Assembly (NCBI GenBank): GCA_002269645.1
Contig: NIVC01003117.1
Coordinates: 1-49,039 of the forward strand
Source of the DNA: Macrostomum lignano
Taxonomy: Eukaryota
Length of the DNA stretch: 49,039 bases
Direction: 5' to 3'
In this document: positions 1 through 12,789 of the stretch, in pieces
Layout of the letters: every line of letters starts with the position of its first letter
Position numbering within the stretch: position 1 is the stretch's first letter
The notes under the pieces: generated by a model
Database searches by the model: none
Told to the model about the DNA's origin: nothing
What the model saw: only the letters and a program-made list of their open reading frames with translations
Translations under genes and position numbers: made by a program

Positions 1-609
1 TTTTTGTAAAGCTAAAAAACTGATAAATAATGTTTGAATTGCAAAGTAAGACCAACTAACATTTTGTACCGTGCGCCGAGCAAAGTTGAATAAACATCGA
101 GTCTGAAGAGTTTATGCAGAACAAACGCCGGTGTTAAATATACTCGTATTGATTCGATCTGGAATAGTGTGAGTCACTCGGAAATAAATATCGCTGTGCA
201 ATAGGATGCTACTTGCTCTGCCTCTCAAGCAGCTCCCATCTCCATTAGCTCCCTCATGCGTTTGTAAAAGCCTCGCTTCCTAATGGCATTTATAGAAATT
301 GAGAGACTCTGAGAGAATCATCCTAAAAGTTAGGATTTAACTTTTATATTTGATTAACAGACTGAAGCGTGAAAATTTCACTGAGACAGAGACAGTCAAA
401 GCGATTAATTGCTAATGTCAATCAATCAAATGAATTGTAAAATTATGTTCTCACTCTAGCTGTTAGTAGATACTGGAGTAGTCGCTTCAAAAATTGACTT
501 TTATTCGAGAGTCCATTTAGCTTTCTGAGCTAGCAGCGGATTCAATCATGCGAGATAGAGATATTGAATAAATAAATGGATTATTGAGCTATTGAATGAG
601 GGGGTGTAA

Positions 610-2383
610 TTATACCGGCATACTCGAACGGTGATCTTGAGCCCACAGCACGTAGGCCTGCTGCGGCTTGTCCTCGGGGACCATGTGGCCGGAGCCGCGC
701 ACCGTCAGGTAGGTGAGGTTGCCAGCCCACTGGCGAACGAACCCACCGATTTGGCGACCGTTGACCGGGTCGTCGAAGTACACGGCTTTCTTGGCGTTGT
801 GACGGTTTGGTTGAGGTTCTGCAGGAACCATTCGGTCTGCAGGAAGTTGCAGGCCATGTCAACGTCGCCATTGTAGAGTGTGATTCGCAGGCGACCCGAC
901 TTGAGCAGCTTCTGGTACACAGGAGTCATGTCGTTGTACTCGACTGTATAGTCCAGGTTGCTGCAGATTGTGTAGGGTCCAACGTCCTTCACATGCAGGG
1001 CGTAGCGAGCGGCAGGTAGATTCAGGTAGGTGGTGATGGCGGTGCTGTTCGTGCAGGCGGGTCTTCGCCAATGGAGGCCAAGCGGTCCTGCCGAGAGCGC
1101 CTCAGCAAGTAGGTCCGAGCCACCTGCTGCGGCGACGGCGACTCCTGCTGAGTCTGGCGCTGCTGCGATGAATCACGCTGAGTGTCATCCTGAGACATCA
1201 CATAGTCCAGGAGGTGACATCCATCGTTGAGTCCTCTAGATGGTCAAACATTAGATTATTTAGGAGGCTGCGTTGCCGACGACTCTTAGGTACGCCTCCG
1301 TAGCACGGCTGTAGAGATTGTAGATGTTCAGGCCGTCCTGATGCGCTCGGCGCGGTACAGAAGGTCGGCGCAGGCCGGCTTCGACTTGCCGGCATAGAAG
1401 TCGCACCGGACGCCAACGCAGCTGTTGCAGCAGGAGGAGGTGAGGTTGGCCCAGAACTGATAGCCAATCAGACCGTGGTAGTAGCCAAAGTAGATTAGCG
1501 ACAGAGAGTTAAGCGGCCAAGAGTCGATACTGTTGCAATCAGGATGCCGCGAAGATTGATGCTCTTGTCAGTCAAGACCCTGTGTTTGCGATATGAGTTA
1601 TATAAAAATTAACATTCGCATGAGGGTTGTAGGCACCCTGCAGCAACGCGTACAATACAAACGCGCGATGCACACGCTCACAAAGAGTGTACAGCGGCCC
1701 GGAATGAACACTCTTTGTACGTTGGAGTCGGTCCTAACAGCTGCGAATGGCACGAAAACCCCCGGCCATCTTGCGCCAAAGTTTGTCCAACAGATCATCG
1801 AATAGGTTTCGAATTCAAGTTCCTACTCACCTGGCGGCCAGAGTAGGCACGTAGACGCCACCGTAGCTCTCGCCGGAGATGTGCATCTCTCTGCCCTTGT
1901 ACTCGGGAACTTCTCCAGGAAGCTCTTCAGCGCCAGATAGTTGTCTTCGGCCACTTGAGTATCGTTGGTCTTCGTGACGTTGCTCTCCGAGTAGCTGAAG
2001 CCCACTCCAGCCGGAGCCTCGATGTACAGGACGTTTGCGTCTCGATTCCAAGCGTAAGGGTTCATCTCCAGCCAGGCCATGTCGTTGACGCGAAAAGGCC
2101 CGTTCTCGCGCAGCAGGCCCTCCAAGGAAGAGCAGCCGGGCCCGCCGTTGAACCACAAAACTAGCGGCGCCTTTGTCGGGTCGGCTTTCGAGCTCTCAAC
2201 CAGCCAATAGTGCAGGTGCCGGTCTCCGCCTGCCTTGAGGTAGCCAGAGTAGTGCTTGAAGGCGGGCTGCTGCTTCAGTCCGGGCAGAATCATCACCTGG
2301 TCCTCGGCAGGAGCAGCGTGGCAGGTCAACGATCCGACTGCCGCTAGCAGCAGAGGCAGCAGCATTGAGTCTAGTCTAGCCAT
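610..2383 (-). CDS. CTSA: Serine carboxypeptidase S10, cathepsin A / lysosomal protective protein-like; exons 2383-1831 and 1579-610; frameshifted as given
   Basis: Signal peptide [23 protein letters not shown], then family motifs [46 protein letters not shown] (Ser), [10 protein letters not shown] (Asp), [10 protein letters not shown] (His). GT donor at 1830, AG acceptor at 1581-1580, joining as AG|G (Arg). Pieces lie in different frames, with frameshifts near 1906, 1535, 1340, 1306, 1220, 1055 and 785. Exact stop uncertain. Confidence 0.88.
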
Positions 2384-3715
2384 CAATCAGAGCTTTTCGC
2401 GAGTTGTCTGAAAAGAAGTTTAGGTAAACCTTTTAATACAAGACTTGTGTGCAGAAAGCAAGATTTACAAGGCGCAGCAGTTTAAATGCGCATCGAATGA
2501 CTGGGAGAAAGAAACAATTTTTAAACGGCTGCCCTGGATTTGAAATCTGTTTACAAAGCTTGTTCACGCAGCGAATGTATCAACTTACCCAAATAAATAG
2601 GGTTAGTTTTAGCATTCAAGCGAAGCAGCAGTCCTCAGCCAGTCTTATAGCCCCAAGTTGGGTGCTTGTTTAGAACCACATCAGACGTACAGATTACTGC
2701 GCAGACTTCAGGTCGGTTCACGCATGATAAGAGCGGGTGGGCACGCGACGGACAGTAAGATAAACATTTGGGCCGAACAGCATTCTAGGCAGTTACAATC
2801 TTCTTGATTTTATAATAGGATTCAATGGTTCACACACAGTTTAGCAAATGAGCGACTCGCACCTCCTGGACGCTGAATCGGAAGACGCGTTTTTACCAAA
2901 TTAAATTTGATAAAGTTGTGCTGATAAAAATATTCTGCATGCATCAAGCTATGGTCCCCGACAACTGATTCTTTCCGATGTGACTTTATTGCGAGCTATA
3001 TGTTGTTTTGACGTCTTTTTGTTTTGTTATGGTTAATAATTGTACTTGAACACATTGTATGCCTTCATTTCTCTCAGTCTGAATTCAGGCCAGTCGGAGG
3101 AGGGGTTTTCACAACATTGGAAGCACCTCCTTCACAATTTCATCTATTCGCAAGTGAAATTTTACTTGTGAAAGCACCCCCCTCCCCAGCGGACCACGAG
3201 CGTCAAGGAGTGCCACGCAAGCAAGTTTCCAACTGGTGCAAAATATCTACCAATCGCTGCCAAGGACAACTAAAGCAACGTATATACTTTAGTAGTCCTT
3301 GAGCACTACTGGCAAAGTTTGGTTTTCAAACGGATTATTATAGAAAACTTTGAAATGCACGATTAGAACTGATAAAAACTGTTTTTCATATGGGCCCACG
3401 CAGCATTTTTCTGCACTGAGAATCGCCTGTCTGACTACGAGTATAGAACTTCTAACGCTATGCGCGTCATAAAAAATTTATTTTCAGCCCATTATTTATC
3501 GTTGGCAAAGATCTGTCAAATTTGTCCAACCCTCCCTAGGGGAGGGGGCAGTGCTGCGTATCACACAGACGCTTGTGTGTCTGTGTGGAATATTTTAATT
3601 TCAACTGTCACATAAATTCAATTATTAGCGGAGGGTTCACATGAGAAGCTGAATACGAGGTAATAGAAAACTATTCTAATGACTTATGACTACGCTTGCA
3701 TAACTGGATTGAGGA

Positions 3716-4468
3716 GCGCCAGCACCAAGGGGCGCCAGCACCAAGGGGCGCCAGCACCAAGGGGCCAGCACCAAGGGGCGCCAGCACCAAGGGCGCCAGC
3801 ACCAAGGGGCGCCAGCACCAAGGGGCGCCAGCACCAAGGGGCTTTAGCACCAAGGGGCTTTAGCACCAAGGGGCTTTAGCACCAAGGGGCGCCAGCACCA
3901 AGGGGCGCCAGCACCAAGGGGCGCCAGCACCAAGGGGCTTTAGCACCAAGGGGCGCCAGCACCAAGGGGCTTTAGCACCAAGGGCTTTAGCACCAAGGGG
4001 CTTTAGCACCAAGGGGCTTTAGCACCAAGGGGCTTTAGCACCAAGGGGCTTTAGCACCAAGGGGCGCCAGCACCAAGGGGCGCCAGCACCAAGGGGCGCC
4101 AGCACCAAGGGGCGCCAGCACCAAGGGGCGCCAGCACCAAGGGGCGCCAGCACCAAGGGGCGCCAGCACCAAGGGGCTTTAGCACCAAGGGGCTTTAGCA
4201 CCAAGGGGCTTTAGCACCAAGGGGCGCCAGCACCAAGGGGCGCCAGCACCAAGGGCGCCAGCACCAAGGGGCTTTAGCACCAAGGGGCGCCAGCACCAAG
4301 GGGCTTTAGCACCAAGGGGCTTTAGCACCAAGGGGCGCCAGCACCAAGGGGCTTTAGCACCAAGGGGCTTTAGCACCAAGGGGCTTTAGCACCAAGGGGC
4401 GCCAGCACCAAGGGGCGCCAGCACCAAGGGGCGCCAGCACCAAGGGGCGCCAGCACCAAGGGTCGCCA
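3716..4468. repeat. Minisatellite, 16-bp unit agcaccaagggg+(cgcc|cttt), about 47 copies
   Basis: Directly visible tandem units with two alternative 4-bp tails and a few 15-bp deletion variants. Confidence 0.97.
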
Positions 4469-4880
4469 GGCTTCTTGTTCGTCTGTTAGGCCTTTTCCAT
4501 CTTCTTTGCCTCGAATAGTACATATCCATTTACATGCGAGCACGTATCAATCATGGCTGTTTCCTTTTCAACTGCAAATGGGTTTTCCGTCTTCGAAGAC
4601 CGTTAATTTATTTTTAGCGCTTCATTTTTCAATCACTTCATCAATTTTCGATGGTGTCGCACAGTGAAAAGAAATTGTTTTTGGTTAAAAGAGAGTCCCT
4701 GGATTCTAAAATTTGTCTTACGTGAGTCGAGAATTAAAATTTTCTTGAAGATGCGCCTCCCATTGAACTGCCCATATCTGGTGAACACAATGGCAAATTC
4801 CCAAGCTGTTTGAAGTGGTAGAAATGGGAAGAGAAGATTCTGGTTAGCTTTTGATTTTTACGAGTGTAGACAGTTGCTGA

Positions 4881-5479
<599 letters not shown>

Positions 5480-5480
<1 letters not shown>

Positions 5481-5975
5481 TGCTGTGATGTCTAAACTCA
5501 TAGGGAATTGGTGTGATGCCGAAGCTCATAGGGAATTGCTCTGATGCCGAAGCTCATAGGGAATTGCTCTGATGTCAAAAATCATAGGGAATTGCTGTGA
5601 TGCCGAAGCTCATAGGGAATTGCTCTGATGTCAAAACTCATAGGGAATTGCTGTGATGCCGAAGCTCATAGGGAATTGCTCTGATGCCGAAGCTCATAGG
5701 GAATTGCTCTGATGTCAAAACTCATAGGGAATTGCTGTGATGCCGAAGCTCATAGGGAATTGCTCTGATGTCAAAACTCATAGGGAATTGCTGTGATGCC
5801 GAAGCTCATAGGGAATTGCTCTGATGTCAAAACTCATAGGGAATTGCTGTGATGTCTAAACTCATAGGGAATTGCTGTGATGCAAAAATGCATAGGGAAT
5901 TGCCGTGATGTCAAAGCTCATAGGGAATTGCTGTGATGTCAAAATTCATAACGAATTGCTGTGATTCCAAAGCTC
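5480..5975. repeat. Minisatellite, 28-bp unit ctcatagggaattgct(g/c)tgatg(ccgaag|tcaaaa), about 17 copies
   Basis: Tandem units start immediately after the LINE remnant; the last units are degenerate. Confidence 0.96.
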
Positions 5976-7915
5976 ACATTGGGAAAGTCAGAAGTCAAGG
6001 GGCAAGAATGTTATTTCTGTCTCTACGTCTCATTGGCTTTAAAGAGTTGCTTATTAATTTTCAACCGACCTGCCCCTGACTATTTTTAGCCCAAATCAAC
6101 AGGCAGGCGTCTGAGCACAGAGATTAGGCAAATAGTGCACTGGCAATGAATGATCAAAGATGTAAGGGACGAAAAAGATTTCGAAAAAAATAAGCCCCCG
6201 CCGATTATTTCAGGATGGAAACCCTGTATGAATTATTAACTTATCCCGCTGTTTATCTGCAGCAGTCTCCCTGTCTCTTCTCCCACAGCGGTAGCCTTTT
6301 TTAGCAGCAACGGTCAAAAGCAGATGCAGATGATTGAGTGTCAAAAAATACCCCCCGTGTAATTTCAGTAAATTGGAGTCGTTTTAGAAAAAATATTTCG
6401 TATGCGTGCTATTTTTTAGATGGCCTCTCAATTCAACTTTCTAACTGGCTACTTTCAGCAGCAAAGCTAGGACATTCAAACTCTTTCGGGTCTTTCTGGG
6501 TAAAAAATAGTCAATTGAGATTATTGTTGAAATACAGTTGCCCACACTCCCCTCTTAGCGGCACACAGTTGAGAATTCATTATTTTTCAGAAAAAAAGTT
6601 TTTTCATTATATTCTGTCAACAATGACTACCACAACTACAACGTGAGAACATTGGAGTCTAGGTGATTTATTACAAGTGACATGCCCACAAGTCAAACGC
6701 ATACATAGCACAGGCTCTTTAATGTATTGTCTACTAGAATTTCATCTAGTCAGGAGGGGTGGCGAGTGTGAGAGTGTAGTGGCAGAGACAACCACAAACT
6801 TAGCTGCCCTTACCCCAGAGCTCAGACAATCGAATGCATCTGTCATTGTCGCCCTCTGTGGTAGCAAAAGCAAAAAACAGCTTTATTCGTGTTTGGTACT
6901 GTAAGATTGTCCGCCAAAGGCGCTTCTGTCAGCATCGCGGGTTGGGGGTGAAGCGCAAACGGAGGGAGCAGTTTGATTCTTGAAGCTCACTGAGCCGTGA
7001 CTAGCGGTAGACCAAGATGCACAAGCGCAAGTCAGCTTGGGCAGACTTCAGTATTTCTGTATAATTATCTCTTCTGCAACACACTGGAGCCAGAAAGCGA
7101 AGCGAAAGAAACGGCAAAGATGCTGTAGATGCTGTAAAGTGCTGAACAAATTGTTGACAAGATACCCATAAGGCACATCATAGAAAATAGCTACTGTAGC
7201 AACTCTTTTTCGTTGGATAAGAATCCCAATTTTGCCTTTTTGCAGCCTTGCACCGACACCCTCCCTCGAGGGTCACCTCCGGTAAAATGCAAGCGATACA
7301 GGCAACTGCAAGATTATTTATCAAGTCTCCGACTGTAGCAAAGTATTGATGCGAGCGATTTTGCAAATTAGGAAAGAGATGAGAGCAAAGAAGAGAATTC
7401 TTGTCTCCGTGCAGCCTTAACTCTTTGGTTGGTGTCTGCAGCTTCAGTCATGGCTTACTGAGAGACAGAGAGAGAATTTGTGCGGCTTTTTATAGCGCAG
7501 CTGATTTCACAGTTACGCTCGTAGCGATGAAACTGGGTCTCCACGCAGTCGTAAGTCCTGTATTTACAGCGGCAGTCGCCAAGCAAAGCACAGGATAAGT
7601 CAGGTAAGCAAGTCCTAAGCAAAGAAGAAGCGCGCAAAAGCAGAAAAAGCGGCTGTCTGGTTCGGTGGCTTTCAAAAATTTTGTGTACAAAAATTAGGCC
7701 AAAACACTCGGTCGCTTTCCTTGCACTGTATAGGCTCGTCTGTGTATAGGCAATGTAGTGCTCAATTTTTCGAATTTTACACAATCAACATAAGACAAAA
7801 GTCAAGAGTCTTGGAGACTTCAGCATAAAAACGCATAGAAATTAGCATGCAGCTCGAAATTAAAGCAGTTATAAATCTACGAGTATAAATCAGGAAATAT
7901 ACACAAAAAGCAGAC

Positions 7916-9091
7916 TCAAAAAGTGAGCAAAAGAACACAGCTGGTTAGCAGGGAGGCGACAATCGCGGCGGATTCCGACAGACGAGACGCTGCGGACACT
8001 GCCGCGCCTTTTCCGCCGTAGTCCAGTGCGAAACTGCCGGCAGCAGCGGCCGCGGCAGCTGCAGGTCTGGAGGCAGGCGACGCTGCTCGGACAGCGCAGT
8101 AGTCCGGACAGGGTGCCGGCCGGTCCTTACAGTTGAGATCGCAGTTACGGGACAGCAAGCTGGCCTCGTAAGAGACAAAGTGGGGCGCGAAACCGTACAG
8201 CCGCTGCCAGTTGGTGCGGTTAGCCAAGCTGAAGGCCTGGCAGGAGCAGGGGAACAGACTGCCTGTCAGGTTGAGGCCGCGCAGAGAGTGCGCTTGGCCC
8301 AGTGCGCACAGGTCCAGCCGGCGCAGAATGTTGCCTCGCAGGTAGAGCGCCGCCAGGCCGCCTTGGAGGCCGCAAAACGCCGAGTCGGCAATTCTGAGAC
8401 CGGCTCGCAGGGCGCCCAGATCCAATATGATGAGCCGGGTCAGTCCTTCGAATGCTCGGCCAGGAATTGCAGCGATATTGTTGTACTGCAAGTACAGATG
8501 AGTCAGGTAAGTCAGCTGCTTCAAGCCCGGCGGCACCTCGGTCAGAAGATTGTGACTGAGAAAGAGCTTTGCAACCAGACCATTGTGCAGCAGAGCTTTG
8601 GGGTGCAGAGTTTTAATGAGATTGTTGTGCAGCACCAGCTCCTCCAGCGCTGGCAGCTCACTGAGGTCGTCGGCGTCCACCGAAGAGAGCATGTTGTGCG
8701 ACAGGTTGAGCGATTTAACGCCCGTCAGGCCGTGGAACGCGCCTGGAGCCAGCCGACGCACCAGCGAGTTGGTCACCTCCACGCGGCTCAGGCTGAGAGA
8801 GCCCCAGGCGTAGGCCAAGCTGAGGTTAGTCATGGCCTGGTTGCGGATGCGCAATTCGTGGAATGCGTAGGACCAGCGAGTCTCCGGGCTGCTCGGCTCA
8901 AAGTAGGGCACAAGTGAGAGGTAGTGCAACGGCTTCGTTCCATCCACTGGCGGTTGTGGCTCCTGTTGGACGCACTTGAGGCGCTTATCTGTACACTGGC
9001 ATGGCATCTGAGCCGGGCACGGAGGTTTAGCCAATGACAGTGTTGCCATGACGACCATCAGCAACAGGTAGAGGAAGCAGCCGTGCTGCAT
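7916..9091 (-). CDS. Single-exon leucine-rich-repeat surface protein, signal peptide plus probable GPI-anchor tail
   Basis: Uninterrupted ORF. The probable start MQHGCFLYLLLMVVMATLSLA is at 9091 (an upstream ATG at 9142 is possible). It has an LRRNT CPAQMPCQC, several LxxLxLxxN repeats (SLNLSHNML, ELVLHNNLI, HLYLQYNNI, ALYLRGNIL), an LRRCT-like FPCSC, an Ala-rich spacer and a hydrophobic C-terminus AIVASLLTSCVLLLTF. Confidence 0.88.
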   Translation of the reverse strand: MQHGCFLYLLLMVVMATLSLAKPPCPAQMPCQCTDKRLKCVQQEPQPPVDGTKPLHYLSLVPYFEPSSPETRWSYAFHELRIRNQAMTNLSLAYAWGSLSLSRVEVTNSLVRRLAPGAFHGLTGVKSLNLSHNMLSSVDADDLSELPALEELVLHNNLIKTLHPKALLHNGLVAKLFLSHNLLTEVPPGLKQLTYLTHLYLQYNNIAAIPGRAFEGLTRLIILDLGALRAGLRIADSAFCGLQGGLAALYLRGNILRRLDLCALGQAHSLRGLNLTGSLFPCSCQAFSLANRTNWQRLYGFAPHFVSYEASLLSRNCDLNCKDRPAPCPDYCAVRAASPASRPAAAAAAAAGSFALDYGGKGAAVSAASRLSESAAIVASLLTSCVLLLTF

Positions 9092-9595
9092 CGCGGCATG
9101 AAGTCGCCGTCCTTTACGACGGTGGCTCAATAGTGAAGGCATCCTTAGCGAATTCTTGGCATATCCTACAGTGAGGAGATATTAAGAATTGGTAAAGACG
9201 CGCTGATTCTCGCGGGTATATACTATTCTTTTCTCTCTCGCTCCCGTCTGTCTGTTGGCTGCGCAGTCTCAGGACCTGGGCGTGAGGCAGACGCTGCCAG
9301 CGGATTGGCTGGGACCCTGGGCCAACCTTGGCTCTCTTTCTTTGGTGCACAATCCAGCACACTTTGAGGCCCTCGCTAGAGGCTTCAACAGTTGCATGTG
9401 TTGCGCTTCAACAAGATTGATGTGGCTAACTTTATGAAATTTAGGCAACGCAGCAAATTTAAGTACAGATTCCGATCAATTGAATTAGCTAGAGTAGTTT
9501 TTGCGCTGACTTGGAATTGATTGCTGCTTAAAATTTATAAATTTGGAATTTTGTGTTAAAAAATCACGTGAAATGACCCCACTATAGGACACAAT

Positions 9596-9978
9596 GGTCT
9601 ATTTGACACTGCTGGAGACGTTACTGGGGTCTAGTTGACACTGATGGAGAGGTTACTGGGGTCTAGTTGACACTGATGGAGAGGTTACTGGGGTCTAGTT
9701 GACACTGGTTGAGGTTACTGGGGTCTAGATGACACTGCTTGAGGTCACTGAGGTCTAGATGACACTGCTTGAGGTCACTGAGGTCTAGGTGACACTGCTT
9801 GAGGTTACTGAGGTCTAGATGACACTGCTTGAGGTTACTGAGGTCTAGATGACACTGCTTGAGGTTACTGAGGTCTAGATGACACTGCTTGAGGTTACTG
9901 AGGTCTAGATGACACTGCTTGAGGTCACTGAGGTCTAGGTGACACTGCTTGAGGTTACTGAGGTCTAGATGACACTGC
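9596..9978. repeat. Minisatellite, 30-bp unit tagatgacactgcttgaggttactgaggtc, about 13 copies
   Basis: Exact 30-nt periodicity visible at 9781-9960; the left units are diverged. Confidence 0.96.
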
Positions 9979-11189
9979 CTAAGGCACTTGACTTTTTTGA
10001 AGCCACTAATGACTAATGCTGACTTCGACCTTTCGACTATTTTTTCTCTTTTTTTCTTTATAACAGTTACAAGACAAAGACAAAGTGTCGCAGGTACTCC
10101 ATTTGAATTTACGTCGGTATTTCTCTCCAGTGAAGATTTCTAAAAAACCGTAATACCACACTTGACGCGTTAGCAAGCGCTAAATCCCATGTTGCTGATA
10201 TCTGATAGTTTTTTATCCATCGGGATTCGCTCACTCAGCCCGCCCCCAGTCAAATCCGGTCATTGCAATGGGACAGGCCAGGTTGGGGGGATGAGGGTTG
10301 GGTAATGACACAATACGAGTAGCTTTGCAGCAATAGTCGTAAAACACTGCTCAGTTTTTAATGCTCGAGCAGAGACTACGATCGGCTCCGAGGCTCTAGC
10401 TGAGCTGTGTTGATTTATTATTACCGATCGTAGCTTGCGCCCGCTGTTCCGTGATCTTCCCTAGATCCCCATGGCTCTCCTCTCCTTCTCTCCGGGATAA
10501 TATACCATCGGAAGCACCCGAGATCGAGCTCCATGCTTCTGATCCGCTAGCAAGATAGCATCTCCGAAATGCAATGAAATTGGCTGCGACACCATAATTG
10601 CCGATCTCTGTGCCTTCCGTATCTCCGTGCTCCTCGCGGTTCACCAAACGGGGATTTCTCAGTAAGGCCTCTTAGTCATCGCTATGGACATGGGGATGAG
10701 ACACCGCCCGCTCGACTGAATGCGGTGATTGATACGGAGGCGCACAAGCGAGCCAAGGCGACAGAAGCCGCTGTCCACGGCCACAGATTGCATCGGTGGC
10801 GAAAAGAATAGAAAATTAGAGGATAGAAGGATGCTGGCTCTTTTAAAGCAAACAGACAGGGCAATCCTCTTTGTTTGAGCTAATCGGGCATCATGGCTTG
10901 CAGAGTAAATATAGAATTTATATAGTCTTTGTGAATCCGTACAGGACAGCAGAGAGATTAAAGGAGTAATTGCTGTTTGATTTCGGATGAATCTCGGCAA
11001 CGTACAAACTATTTTAGCACCTGAGATATTTTCTTTACAGATAGTCCAGGCAACAAAACAGCAGCTAGATTACTACCTAGTAGTCCTTGGTCTCCTCCAT
11101 GCGCTCTCCCTACAAGTCAGTCAGTCAGTCGTCACTCAGCGACAGATTTGAGATATTACGAGCTACAATAGCTGGCAGTTGCGTCTTTA

Positions 11190-11880
11190 TTTTTGTTATT
11201 TTTATTGCCCCAGCAGAAACCAGTACAGTGGTAGAGTTTTCTACGTGTGACTCACAGCCTCATCTGTTATCTCATTGCCTCCCCACCCCAAAGTTTATGA
11301 GCTGCCTGCCAGTCAGTGCCAGAGTTTGGCTTAAATCGAACCAACCAAGGAGTCCAAGAACCAGAGCCTGGAGTGGCACTTCTCCCCCGACCTCAAAGCA
11401 CCCATTTTCAGACAAATTTAGGCTCCGGGTTTTTTTACTTCGGGTAGAAGCACTGCAATCAGCCTACAGTTGTATGACAAGGGGAAGTAGGTTTAGGATG
11501 GAGGAGCTGTCTCTCCAGACTCTGGTTCTTGGGCGTCCTTGAGCCAATCCAAGAGCAGAACCTGCATTCATTCCTTCCACCCCTTTACTCGTCGGCGGCA
11601 GGCAGACGGACTGGTAACTAAGAAGCCGAAACCTACGAGTTCAAAAAGCCTTTCATGCATGGAGACGAGACCCACCCAGTATTGGCGTGGATATCGGGGG
11701 TTCGTGCGAGTTTACTGTCGGCTGTGGCTGACTGACAGGTGGGGCACGCCACGTCGGGTGTGGGGGTGTGAGGTTAGAGTCAACAAGTCGCAAACTGCGC
11801 CGCCTTTTCTCACACGTTCTTCAGAAACATTCCCGACCGACGCCTGGTGAAGTTTGTATCTGTGACCTTGATTCAAGATA
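11190..11880 (+). mobile_element. Possible highly decayed RNase H / LINE remnant
   Basis: Only weak, partly frameshifted motif resemblances in the expected order: YELPASQC, FSD, LVLGR resembling WVPGH, and SQSKSRT resembling the RQSR segment of the 5.1-kb fragment. Confidence 0.25.
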
Positions 11881-11944
11881 AGCCACTGGCTCAACCATGA
11901 ATAGATTGAAAAAGCAAATGAAGAATAAGAAGAATAAAAGGGCT

Positions 11945-12262
11945 ATGAGCAGATTTACGGGACCATGAGCAGATCTACGGGAATTTGAATTTAAATATAT
12001 CTACAGGAATATGAGCAGGTCTACAGGACTGAGCAGATCTATGGGAGTATGAGCAGATCTATGGGAGTCTGAGCAGATCTATTGGAGTCTGAGCAGATCT
12101 AGGTATGGGAATTTGAATTTAAACAGATCTACAGGACTATGAGCGGATCTACGGGAATATGAGCAGACCTACAGGACTATGAGCGGATATACGGGAATAT
12201 GAGCAGAACTACGGCACTATCAGAGATCCACGGCACTATGAGCTGATCTACGGGACTATGGT
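11945..12262. repeat. Degenerate minisatellite, about 20-bp unit atgagcagatctacgggact
   Basis: Repeated gagcagatcta core with diverged flanks and two gaatttgaattt interruptions. Confidence 0.85.
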
Positions 12263-12789
12263 CGAATCTAGAGGATTGCAATCAAATTTTGAATTCAACT
12301 AGATTGTGTATAGATGCACTCCTAAAACTATCAATTTCAGTGTTCATATCGGTGATACTAGACTTGAGGTCGACATTGAAAAGACCACAAAAATATCATA
12401 GATTTTATCTCTTGAACATCTAGTTTAAATTTTATTAAACATAGTAATTAATCACCACCAATACTGACACTAAAACTTCAAAACTGACAGACGATCAGCA
12501 AGGATTTGCCCACCCAGCAACCAAATAGATCAATCAAAGTGCAGGTAGGTCGGGTTTGCTGTCGGATACGAGAGGCTGTTATCATCTACAGTCGAATTCC
12601 TACGCATGCTGGGTTGGATTTTTGCAACAAGAAAATCTTTAACCGCTTTGCTATCAGGCCAGAATGTAAGCAGATTTTCTGGGAAGAAAAATCTGAAACT
12701 GCGCCGTGTTGAAAAATGTCAGCTCGGTACTTGCAGCTGCGCTTCATGCTTTATAAGCATTTTCTTCGAGTATTTCAAAGTTACTTTGT

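Noticed and set aside
3530-3590. Two short hairpins (cctccc-ta-ggggagg; cacacagac…gtctgtgtg) suggesting a Helitron end
   Set aside because: No CTRR terminus at the expected distance and no matching 5' end found.
8180-8917. 245-aa plus-strand ORF
   Set aside because: Antisense shadow of the GC-rich LRR coding exon.
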